Positions 8,487-17,586 of a stretch of 35,925 nt of DNA are shown here, piece by piece. A program made the translations under genes and the position numbers. How positions within the stretch are numbered: position 1 is the first letter of the stretch; each line of letters starts with the position of its first letter. This stretch comes from an uncultured Gemmatimonadaceae bacterium (GTDB taxonomy: Bacteria; Gemmatimonadota; Gemmatimonadetes; Gemmatimonadales; GWC2-71-9), in assembly GCA_964364615.1 (NCBI GenBank), contig CAYINH010000001.1, forward strand, positions 25,965 to 61,889. Direction: 5' to 3'. The notes beneath the pieces were generated by a model. The model did not search any database and had not been told where the DNA came from. It saw nothing but the letters and a program-made list of their open reading frames with translations.

Positions 8487-8768
8487 GTGACGGCCGTGTT
8501 ACGCTGGGAGTTGCATCTTGGGGGCACGATCCAGAGGGAGTCCCAAGAACAACGCCTTGTCCCAGCTTCCACGCGGCATGGTCCGGCTTTTCTTCGGGTC
8601 GCACTGAAGAAGGTACCGGCTGGTGGGGGAGGGGGCAAGGTGTTCCTCCGGCGGCCCCAGCTGCGGTCGGAATCGTTTCACGCTGCTCGGGCGGATCGTT
8701 GTTCCGGATCAAGCGCTTCAAACTCCTTCGCCACCAGGATGGACATCATGAGCCACGTTTTCTGTAGA

Positions 8769-9605
8769 ATGCGCGAGTCGAAATCGTACTCCGTCAATTT
8801 GGGCCTGGTTGTGATCCTCGGGACCGCACTGGGTTCCGCATGCGTCCCGGCGAAACCGGTGGAGCCTCCAACGCCACTGCCTGCTGCGCGCTACGATTTC
8901 ACGCCTTCCGATTGCCAGCAGCCAGGTTCCACACGACTCACCTTGGCCGTCATCGCCCCGCGCTGGCAGACCCCGACCCAGGCAACGTCCAGCGCGGCAG
9001 CGATGTATACAGGTTACGCGGCCCCAAGGGTGTTCCTCGACCTCGCCAATGCGATGCGAGGGGACTTCCTCGAACTGGCATCGTGTCGCGGATACCTCGC
9101 CAAGGGTCCATACGATTCATTCGAGGCGATGGTCTTTCCGGATCGAGAGGCCTCACAACTTCTACTGGAGCCCGACCTGCAGATCGATGTCAGTATCACC
9201 AACCTCGAAGCGGTGCCCAAGGCCGGCTTGGCTGGCTTGTTCACCCGGGGGAATGAGATGAACCAGATCAGCGGGCAGGCCAGCATTGGTGGGCGCGTCA
9301 CGCTTACCCTCAAGGAACCGGTGACCAACACGCGTATGTGGACCCGAAGCATCGATGTGCCTTCGCAAGCGTTCGCGTTCACCAGTCAGCGCGACTATTC
9401 GACGAGCGCCATGACAGAAGATCAGGCTCGTGTAGCTCTTTTGGAGGACGGGGGCTTCCTTCGGCTGCTACTGCCCAAGCTTGAGGGCATGTATGGGGCG
9501 GTGCTCCAGACGGCGGAGAACTACCTGGATGCCCGTGAGGTCCGTACCGTGGCCACCCAGGCTGCCGACGTCCGGAAGCGGGGGGCGGTAACGATACCGA
9601 GATAG
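8769..9605 (+). CDS. Hypothetical lipoprotein
   Basis: This is the 3' part of track ORF 8319..9605. The ATG at 8769 gives MRESKSYSVNLGLVVILGTALGSAC, with a charged n-region, a hydrophobic core and a Cys lipobox-like end. Alternative ATGs lie at 8739 and 8748. There is no clear SD. GC3 is lower than in the flanking genes. Confidence 0.65.
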   Translation: MRESKSYSVNLGLVVILGTALGSACVPAKPVEPPTPLPAARYDFTPSDCQQPGSTRLTLAVIAPRWQTPTQATSSAAAMYTGYAAPRVFLDLANAMRGDFLELASCRGYLAKGPYDSFEAMVFPDREASQLLLEPDLQIDVSITNLEAVPKAGLAGLFTRGNEMNQISGQASIGGRVTLTLKEPVTNTRMWTRSIDVPSQAFAFTSQRDYSTSAMTEDQARVALLEDGGFLRLLLPKLEGMYGAVLQTAENYLDAREVRTVATQAADVRKRGAVTIPR

Positions 9606-9773
9606 TTTGCGGCCGCGCCTGTCGCTTGCCCAGCATTGGTCATTCTGCGCGTGGCAGCAGCAGCAAGGGGATCCCCAATCGATGGGTTAGGGTACAGTCT
9701 GCGAGAGTTGCATGGTCTTGCATGGCGTCTACGACCGCCTTGGCGAGATCCGTGAGTTGATGAGGAAACAACC

Positions 9774-10574
9774 ATGAAAGCGATGTGCCATATGCGACGG
9801 ACCCGGGTGGGTGATCGCGCCGGTCGCCGCCACCATAGCCTTGCCGCCTTAGCGATTCTCCTCCTCCTTGGTTGTTCATCGAGGAACGCACCGTCTGGCG
9901 ATTCCGAGGTCAGAGCAGCCATCGAGTCAATGTTCAACGAACCTGACGTCGGTGTGGGGATCGGCGACATTGGGTTTGGGACTGGCCGCAGCGACATTCG
10001 CAAGAGCCAAGATCAGCTCTCAGAACTCCCTATCTATCGGGCCCTTGCAGCGAAGGGACTAATCAGTATCGCAAACGAAAGGGACCTTACAAGCAACTTC
10101 GGCGGTTGGGGGGATTGGTTTGCCCTTACCCAAGATGGCATCAAGAGAACCGCGACCGTCTCCATTGAGGATGAGAACCTGAAACAGCTACCGCCCTGCA
10201 AAGCGGAAGGTGGCAATGTGAACTGCCGAGTTCGCTTCGATGGCGTCGACCAACTCTGGCTGAGAATCGGCAAAAGCAAGATCCAAGACATTGTCGCCAA
10301 CGATAGCGTACTCATCGGCGCGACTCGCTACCGTGTTGTCATGGGAACCCATACCTATGAAGTGCCACCTGACTTGCAGGCTGCCATGGATTCAGCGAGA
10401 GGTGCTATGGGCCGTGAGCGTCGTTTCAAGGTGTTGCTCGAGTATGATCCATTTGTCAAGAGGTTCAAGTTGGTAGCCCTGGATCTTGCTGAGCGCTCCA
10501 AAGACTTTAGTTCGTCGAGCGTCGATGATCTACTGGCACAACTGAGACTCTGCGGCCCGTCGGGCTGCCAGTAA
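9774..10574 (+). CDS. Hypothetical lipoprotein
   Basis: 266-aa ORF. SD GAGGAA lies 7-8 nt upstream of ATG 9774. The signal peptide with lipobox is HHSLAALAILLLLGCSS. I recognise no domain. Codon third positions are A/T-rich compared with the flanks. Confidence 0.7.
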   Translation: MKAMCHMRRTRVGDRAGRRHHSLAALAILLLLGCSSRNAPSGDSEVRAAIESMFNEPDVGVGIGDIGFGTGRSDIRKSQDQLSELPIYRALAAKGLISIANERDLTSNFGGWGDWFALTQDGIKRTATVSIEDENLKQLPPCKAEGGNVNCRVRFDGVDQLWLRIGKSKIQDIVANDSVLIGATRYRVVMGTHTYEVPPDLQAAMDSARGAMGRERRFKVLLEYDPFVKRFKLVALDLAERSKDFSSSSVDDLLAQLRLCGPSGCQ

Positions 10575-10642
10575 GGTCCCGACCCCCGCAGAATGAGTGA
10601 TGGTGCGACAACCACCTTGACATGTACCGTAAGGATGAAATC

Positions 10643-13600
10643 ATGAAAGCTCTGGATTGGGCTCACTCCACACCTTCGCACCAGCGGCGTTGGTTACGAC
10701 AGTCTCGTTCAGTGGCAATCGCCGTCTTCGCTTCGCTTTCCTGCTCCCAACCTACTGCCCTAGAGCCGGTCGCGTCCGTTGCAATTCTCTCAGCACCTGA
10801 TGTCATGCTGGTGTCAAGCACCACGCAACTGAAGGCCGATCTCCGTGACACGAATGGTCGGACCCTTAATGCGAGAGCGGTGTCATGGGCTTCCAGTAAC
10901 TCCGCAGTACTCATGGTCTCGGCCTCAGGCCTCGCGACCGCGACCACCGCAGGCGGGCCCGTCTCTGTAACCGCTACTTCGGAAGGGCGGTCTGCCTCGG
11001 TGTCGATCGAGGTCGTATCGCTAGAAGTGGCGCCAGTCAATGACACCCTCTACGTCGGATCAAGCCGCGTCTTCGCCGTCGTAGGCGTGGGGGCCTCCGG
11101 TGCAGTGGGCCAGCTCCCTCCTGGCGCAGTGTCCTGGTCGACGTCAAATAGCCTCGTCGCGACTATCACACTGTCCGGTATTGTCCGCGGTCAGGCTCCC
11201 GGGACTGCACTCGTATCGGCGGTCTTGGCTGGTGTCTCGGCTTCAGGGAGCGTGATGGTAGAATCGGCACCGTCGGTTACGCAGCCTTCAAAGACTGTGG
11301 TTGGCACGGTGATCGTTCCTTCAGGTGTGAACCTCGAAGGAGTGACTATTCTAGCAGGAGCGGCGGGAGTCACTTCCGCAAACGCGCACGGCCAGTTCTC
11401 TATCACTACCTCCTCTGCCATCGAGACGGCACTAGTCGCCATGTACTCGGACGCGGTGATCGGCTTAGCAATCGCCCCAGCGCAGGGCGGCACGTCGATC
11501 GGAATCGACCCCCAAAGCACCGCCGTAGCGCTGGTATATCTTACCCCGACATTCGCGGTAGCGCCGCAAGGTGTAACGGCTGAGCTTCTGCAGCTACTCA
11601 GTACAATCCCGGCTGTTAGGAGTCTCGGCGACTTCCTGGGCAACACGACCACGCAGCGAATCGGGCTGCCAGATACAACAAACATGCAGTTCATGGTCCT
11701 CTACAGGGCTGCGGTTCAAGCGGCAGAGGCAACGTTGTTCGCACAGGCAGCAACCCCGGCTCAGTCAATTGCCCCGTCGCCATGGCAAGCCAGCGGGGTG
11801 AAGCTCACGTGGACATCGCCAACCCAAGCCCGTCTGTCGGTCCAACTACAGAACATATATGGACGCGACGCCGACGTTTACGCCGACCCTGCGAATCCAT
11901 CTGGCAATCCAGTCAGTGATCTGTCGGCGTTGAGTTGGAACCAGGCGCTTAACGATCGCATTTGGCTCCCTCCTGCAGACTATATCCCGAATGTCCTGAG
12001 CCTCTCTAGCTGGCTCAGAATCGCCCGTGGCGAGTACGGTCCATCTGCACCACGGAGCATGCAAGTGGATTTTACGTTCGCCTCTCCGCGGTATCGAGTC
12101 TCGGCATACGGAATTGGCGAGAACAACTGGACGGCCGACTGGGCCCGGATGCAGGGTGGTGAAAGGAGTCGGGCCATTCTACCAATGGGGATCACGGGTC
12201 TCTTTGGGGTAGTGATGCCCATAGTCGAGGTCGTGAGCGGCATCAAGATCATCGCGGCGGGAGGTGCCACTGTGCCGTCCCCGTTGATGGAACGGTTCAA
12301 GGTCTTTGCTGGCTCTCTGAACTTCACACGCTGTCTCACCGTCGGCGGAGTGGACGCTGTACCTTGCGTCTTTGACGTCATCTTCAAGGCGTCAATCACG
12401 GACCAAGCCTTCCTGCGAGAGACCCTCCTCGCCCTTGCCGCTTACCAGGGGATCACCCTATCCCGCACCGCCCTCACCGCAATCATGAACAATGTCAACG
12501 TCCTCGTGAGAACGGTGTCAAGCGTAACGGGAGTGGCCAAGGTGGGTCAGACACTCTATGCAGTCCGTAACGCGCGGCCCCGCGAGGATTTCGATTTTGC
12601 ATACAACGATTTGATCGGCGCAGACGCGATCCAGGTGTTCGGAGGGAATAATCAGGTGGGCAGCCAGGGGGCCGTGCTCTTCCAATCGCTTGCAGCACGC
12701 GCGGTGAATAGCGAAGGTGGCCCGGTGGCCAATGCATGGGTGACCTGGGCCCCGGATGTCGCCAACGGGGCGCCAAGCCCCGCCGCTGCGGTGACTGATC
12801 AACAGGGCGTTGCGCGAACAACATGGACCCTCGGTTCGGGTGCCCAACAGGGGATGACAGCGACCCTTGCAGGAACTGCGCGCACTGCCCGCTTTGCCGC
12901 AACGACGTCTGCACCACTTGGCAGCGCAACAGGCAGGGTAATCCACGGTCAAACCTCTGTCGGGATCGGTAGTGCACTAGTGGATGCTCGAACCGCAGCG
13001 GGGAGTGCAGGCGTCACCCAAACCGATGCTCAGGGGTTCTACACCATTACATTGCCGGCCGGAGCGTATGATTTGGTTATCACACGAACTGGGTTCGTCG
13101 CGGCCACCTTGTACGGGGTCACGGTCACGGCTGGATCGTCGCTGTCGATTCAAGACGTGCCCCTCGTGCCAACAAGTTCCTTCCTTGGTGGAATCGCTGG
13201 GACCGTTCGCGATGCGCAGACTTTCGGAGGTCTCACAAACGTCTCGATTGAGCTGCGAAGTGGCGTGAATAATGCGACGGGCAGCGCCCTCGCTACCACA
13301 ACGAGTGGCACCGCTGGCGCGTTTCAATTCAGCGGCCTTGCCGCCGGTACCTATTCGTTAAGGGCAGTTAGGTCAGGTTATTCGGTGGGTAGCCGGACTG
13401 GCATTGCCGTCGGCAGTACGACCGTCTCAGGCCAAGATATTGTAATGTCAGCGACGTCCGGGTCGGTGAGAATCGTTTTGACATGGGGCGCCGAGCCTGG
13501 TGACCTTGATTCTCATCTGACGGGTCCTATACCAGGCGGTGGTCGGTTTCATGTCTTCTATCAGATGCTCGGTTCCCTCACTGCGAGCCCCTTTGCTGCG

Positions 13601-14014
13601 TTGGACCGTGATGACACTTCCTCGTTTGGGCCTGAAACAGTAACAATTCAGGAAATCGCCACAGGAGTGTACCGCTACTCAGTCTTCAACTACTCGGCTG
13701 CCTGTGACCTTTTTGGAGGAGCCCCGTTGAGCCAGTCTGGGGCTCGGGTAGAGATCTACGTTGGCGGATCCCTTGCACGTCAGTACTTCGTGCCTAACCA
13801 GCCTGGAACGTTGTGGACTGTATTCGAACTGCAAGGATCCTCGATCACTCCGGTGAACCAAGTGACCGTACGTTCATGTGATGGCGGTGGTGTAGGCATT
13901 CCCGCTCCTCCGGCTGGGGATGGAGTGGCGGCTCAGGAGAATGACGGATGGTTGATTGGGCGGGTGAGTCGTTCGCATCCGAAGGAGCGGGCATTCTCGC
14001 CGAAAAGGCCGTAG
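10643..14014 (+). CDS. Large secreted multi-domain protein (Big_2 x2, CarboxypepD_reg-like x3, Big_1-like, DUF2135/YfaP-like C-terminal domain) with an unassigned central core
   Basis: Track ORF 10622..14014. ATG 10643 is preferred because AAGGA (10631-10635) lies 7 nt upstream. Residue numbers below follow the 1130-aa track ORF.
- Signal peptide ...SVAIAVFASLSCSQP.
- Two Big_2-like units (aa ~50-132 and 133-213).
- PEGA/CarboxypepD_reg-like units at aa ~226-290, 770-850 (TDAQGFYTITLPAGAYDLVI) and 856-942 (GAFQFSGLAAGTYSLRAV).
- Ig-like unit at aa ~666-762.
- aa ~947-1080: VRIVLTWGAEPGDLDSHLTGP...LDRDDTSSFGPETVTI...GVYRYSVFNYS resembles DUF2135. This assignment is tentative. Confidence 0.8.
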   Translation: MKALDWAHSTPSHQRRWLRQSRSVAIAVFASLSCSQPTALEPVASVAILSAPDVMLVSSTTQLKADLRDTNGRTLNARAVSWASSNSAVLMVSASGLATATTAGGPVSVTATSEGRSASVSIEVVSLEVAPVNDTLYVGSSRVFAVVGVGASGAVGQLPPGAVSWSTSNSLVATITLSGIVRGQAPGTALVSAVLAGVSASGSVMVESAPSVTQPSKTVVGTVIVPSGVNLEGVTILAGAAGVTSANAHGQFSITTSSAIETALVAMYSDAVIGLAIAPAQGGTSIGIDPQSTAVALVYLTPTFAVAPQGVTAELLQLLSTIPAVRSLGDFLGNTTTQRIGLPDTTNMQFMVLYRAAVQAAEATLFAQAATPAQSIAPSPWQASGVKLTWTSPTQARLSVQLQNIYGRDADVYADPANPSGNPVSDLSALSWNQALNDRIWLPPADYIPNVLSLSSWLRIARGEYGPSAPRSMQVDFTFASPRYRVSAYGIGENNWTADWARMQGGERSRAILPMGITGLFGVVMPIVEVVSGIKIIAAGGATVPSPLMERFKVFAGSLNFTRCLTVGGVDAVPCVFDVIFKASITDQAFLRETLLALAAYQGITLSRTALTAIMNNVNVLVRTVSSVTGVAKVGQTLYAVRNARPREDFDFAYNDLIGADAIQVFGGNNQVGSQGAVLFQSLAARAVNSEGGPVANAWVTWAPDVANGAPSPAAAVTDQQGVARTTWTLGSGAQQGMTATLAGTARTARFAATTSAPLGSATGRVIHGQTSVGIGSALVDARTAAGSAGVTQTDAQGFYTITLPAGAYDLVITRTGFVAATLYGVTVTAGSSLSIQDVPLVPTSSFLGGIAGTVRDAQTFGGLTNVSIELRSGVNNATGSALATTTSGTAGAFQFSGLAAGTYSLRAVRSGYSVGSRTGIAVGSTTVSGQDIVMSATSGSVRIVLTWGAEPGDLDSHLTGPIPGGGRFHVFYQMLGSLTASPFAALDRDDTSSFGPETVTIQEIATGVYRYSVFNYSAACDLFGGAPLSQSGARVEIYVGGSLARQYFVPNQPGTLWTVFELQGSSITPVNQVTVRSCDGGGVGIPAPPAGDGVAAQENDGWLIGRVSRSHPKERAFSPKRP

Positions 14015-14216
14015 GATGGAAGCGATCTGATGGGGAGCATTGGTTCGCAGTACCACTGAGAAGTTCAGACCCCCCCTCGCCCCGCGGACCCGAAATGGGC
14101 CGGAGCCCGGTTAGGGGCTGTGAATAAACAACTTGACGATCGCTCTACGGGGATGGTCCTGCCTCAGTTGAAATGTGACTCCTACCCGCTCCATGCTGTG
14201 GAGCCTGGTGGAGTCC

Positions 14217-14489
14217 ATGAGTCGAGAGAACGGCAAGGTCCGGCGGCACTTCCTGCCTGACGAGAAGGCGACCATCCTCCGGCGGCATCTGGCGGACAAG
14301 GTGCCCGTGTCGGACCTCTGCGACGAGTACCAGATCCAACCGAGCCTCTTCTACCTGTGGCAGCGGCAGGCGCTGGAGCATCGCAGCGCCGCGTTCCAGG
14401 ATGGGCGCACGCGGCGGGGCCAGCAGCAGAGCGCACAGAGTGAGCGCCACCGCATCGCCGCGTTGGAAGCGAAGCTCGCGAAGAAGGAC
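14217..14489 (+). mobile_element. Truncated IS3-family transposase OrfA (HTH_Tnp_1) fragment
   Basis: MSRENGKVRRHFLPDEKATILRRHLADKVPVSDLCDEYQIQPSLFYLWQRQALEHRSAAFQDG...RIAALEAKLAKKD matches the N-terminal HTH plus the start of the leucine-zipper of IS3-group OrfA proteins. After KKD (14489) the frame degenerates into Arg/Pro/Gly-rich sequence that is antisense to the next gene. There is no orfB. A possible left end is TGTGAATAAACAACTTGACG at 14119. Confidence 0.7.
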
Positions 14490-14595
14490 ACTCGCCCCGG
14501 TCAGAATCACCGCAGGCATGACCTCGAGCCGTGTGGCGAGGCTCTGGGTGAGGTGCCTGGGGAGCGGAGATCTGCGGCTGGTCGCCGGGTCGGTG

Positions 14596-15357
14596 TCAGC
14601 GACCTGAGGTCGCCGCCCGGGCAAAATCCGACAGCACCAGCAGGCCGCTCACCACCGCGCGCTCGGGGAGCAACGTCTCCCACTGCTCGGTCCCCTGCCA
14701 GAAGGTCTGCTTCATCTGCGCCATCGCCTCGGGACTCGAGGCGGCCAGGCGAGTGGCCAGTGCCTGGACCGCGCTGTCCACCTCCTCGACCGTACTCAGC
14801 ACTTCGGAATAGAGCCCCTTCTCCCGGGCCCACTCGGCGTCGCGCCATTCGGTGGCGTTGACTGCTAGGGTGGTGAGCGCCGAAAGCCCGAGCTTCCGCT
14901 CGATGACCGGGCCCACCACGAACGGGCCGATCCCGATCGCCAGTTCACTCAGCTTGATCGAGGCACCGGGCCCGGCAATGGCGTAGTCGCTGGCCGCGAC
15001 CACTCCGACCCCGCCGCCCACGGCCTTCCCGTGGACCCGGGTGATCACGAACTTGGGGCATCGGATCATCGCCAGGATGAGCTTGGCAAACCCCATGAAG
15101 AACTGGGTTCCCTCCTCGGCGCTCCGGATGGCCTGGAGCTCCTGGAAGCTGGCGCCGGCGCAGAAGGGACCGGTCCCGTCGCTCCGGAGGACGATCACCC
15201 GCACCTCCCCATCGGTCCCGAGCGCGGTGACTTCGGCCGCCAGCCGCTGGAGCAGGGTCGCGGGGAGGGAATTGCCCTTGGGATGGTGAAATCGGATGGT
15301 GCCGATGCCCTCGGTGATCTCGACCAGGACCCGTCCGGGTTCGACGGCTGAACTCAC
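14596..15357 (-). CDS. Enoyl-CoA hydratase/isomerase (crotonase) family protein, possible PaaF role
   Basis: The track ORF 14596..15396 starts at a TTG. GTG at 15357 is preferred because AAGGAG lies 7 nt upstream. Crotonase motifs are present: [18 protein letters not shown] and [24 protein letters not shown]. The gene is divergent from paaA. Confidence 0.8.
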   Translation of the reverse strand: MSSAVEPGRVLVEITEGIGTIRFHHPKGNSLPATLLQRLAAEVTALGTDGEVRVIVLRSDGTGPFCAGASFQELQAIRSAEEGTQFFMGFAKLILAMIRCPKFVITRVHGKAVGGGVGVVAASDYAIAGPGASIKLSELAIGIGPFVVGPVIERKLGLSALTTLAVNATEWRDAEWAREKGLYSEVLSTVEEVDSAVQALATRLAASSPEAMAQMKQTFWQGTEQWETLLPERAVVSGLLVLSDFARAATSGR

Positions 15358-15514
15358 GGCGACGCTCCTTCCAGTGCAGCGTGGGGTATCCTCCAAAGAT
15401 AACGGGACTGGAATGCCTCCCGCCCTGGCCGGCCGGGCAACGTCTCTGGCATTCGGCCCTTCCCGTCTATTTTACGGGGAGACCGGCCGTCCTGGCCGGA
15501 GCCAAGGAGCCGAG

Positions 15515-16504
<990 letters not shown>

Positions 16505-16514
16505 GGAGGATCAG

Positions 16515-16820
16515 ATGACCGACGAAACCCCGACGGGTCAGACCCAGTGGCCGCTCTGGGAGGTCTTTACCCAGCCCGCCACCGGGCAGCCCCACGAGCA
16601 CGCCGGCAGCGTGCATGCCCCCGACGCCGAACTGGCGCTCCAGAACGCCCGGGACACCTACGCCCGGCGCGGCGAAGCGGTCAGTCTCTGGGTGGTCCCG
16701 GCCGACGCAATCACGGCCAGCAGTCCAGGTGACGCGGGGCCGTTCTTCGATCCCGGCAATGACAAGACCTACCGGCACCCCCAGTTCTACAAGGTGCCGC
16801 GTGGCGTCCGGGGGTTCTGA
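16515..16820 (+). CDS. paaB: 1,2-phenylacetyl-CoA epoxidase subunit B
   Basis: SD GAGGAGGA (16504-16511) precedes ATG 16515. The 101-aa product contains WPLWEVF...HAGSVHAPDAELALQNARDTYARR, typical of PaaB. Its position is immediately after paaA. Confidence 0.9.
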   Translation: MTDETPTGQTQWPLWEVFTQPATGQPHEHAGSVHAPDAELALQNARDTYARRGEAVSLWVVPADAITASSPGDAGPFFDPGNDKTYRHPQFYKVPRGVRGF

Positions 16821-16824
16821 CCCG

Positions 16825-17586
16825 ATGAGCCATCAGGCCGCTCTGTTCGACTACCTGCTCGGCCTGGCCGACGACCGGCTGGTGCTGGGGCATCGGCTCA
16901 GTGAATGGTGTGGCCATGGACCGATCCTCGAGGAGGACATCGCGCTGACCAATGTGTCGCTCGACCTGATCGGTTCAGCCAACCTGTGCTACGGACTGGC
17001 CGGAGAGGTGGAAGGGAAGGGCCGCGACGCCGACGCCCTGGCCTACTTCCGGGAGGCGATCGAGTTCCGGAGTCACCCACTGGTCGAGCTGCCCCGGGGG
17101 GACTACGCTTTCACCATGGTGCGGCAGTTCCTGTTCGATGTCTACAGCTGGCAGCTGCTGAGCGCGCTGCGCCAGAGCAAGGAAACCCGGCTCGGCGACA
17201 TCGCCGCCAAGGCCTGGAAGGAAGCGGCCTATCATCTCCGCCACAGTTCGGAGTGGGTGGTCCGGTTCGGCGACGGCACCGGGGAAAGCCATCGGCGGGC
17301 CCAGACTGCGCTGGACGAGGCGTGGCGTTGGACCGGAGCCCTGCACCAGCCCACGGTGCCGGAAGCTGAGCTGATCGCGGCCGGTATCGCACCGGACCTG
17401 GCGGTGCTCCGGACCGACTGGGATCGGTTGGTGCGGGAGGTACTCGACCGGGCCACCCTGACGCTGCCGGAGGAGGTGCCCCCCACCGGTCGCGGATACC
17501 GCCGGGGCGATCACACCGAGCACCTGGGGCAGCTGCTGAGCGAGATGCAGAGCGTGGCCCGGGCCCACCCCGGGGCATCGTGGTAG
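16825..17586 (+). CDS. paaC: 1,2-phenylacetyl-CoA epoxidase subunit C
   Basis: ATG 16825 lies 4 nt after the paaB stop. LLGLADDRLVLGHRLSEWCGHGPILEEDIALTNVSLDLIG is typical of PaaC. Gene order paaABCD is conserved. Confidence 0.9.
   Translation: MSHQAALFDYLLGLADDRLVLGHRLSEWCGHGPILEEDIALTNVSLDLIGSANLCYGLAGEVEGKGRDADALAYFREAIEFRSHPLVELPRGDYAFTMVRQFLFDVYSWQLLSALRQSKETRLGDIAAKAWKEAAYHLRHSSEWVVRFGDGTGESHRRAQTALDEAWRWTGALHQPTVPEAELIAAGIAPDLAVLRTDWDRLVREVLDRATLTLPEEVPPTGRGYRRGDHTEHLGQLLSEMQSVARAHPGASW

Noticed and set aside
8600-8615. CACTGAAGAAG (about 8602-8612) versus CACTGAGAAG (about 14051-14060) as direct repeats or att sites flanking the island
   Set aside because: The match is short, imperfect and gapped, well within chance expectation, and no integrase or tRNA is nearby.
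8319-8768. 150-codon N-terminal extension of the first island ORF (428-aa version)
   Set aside because: The extension overlaps the regulator gene start and the intergenic region and has no coding-like features. A proper signal peptide and lipobox begins at the internal ATG 8769.
8765-8770. TAGAAT as a -10 box for the first island gene
   Set aside because: The hexamer contains the preferred ATG (8769). Using it as a -10 would force a downstream TTG or GTG start that lacks a charged signal-peptide n-region. It remains unresolved and is not called.
14175-14861. Full 228-aa track ORF taken as an intact gene
   Set aside because: Only residues up to ...AKLAKKD (14489) look like an IS3 OrfA. The rest is R/P/G/S-rich and antisense to the crotonase gene, so I call it a truncated remnant.
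15447-15452. Sigma-54-like TGGCAT upstream of paaA
   Set aside because: The expected TTGC element 5 nt downstream is absent (the sequence there is CCTTCC).
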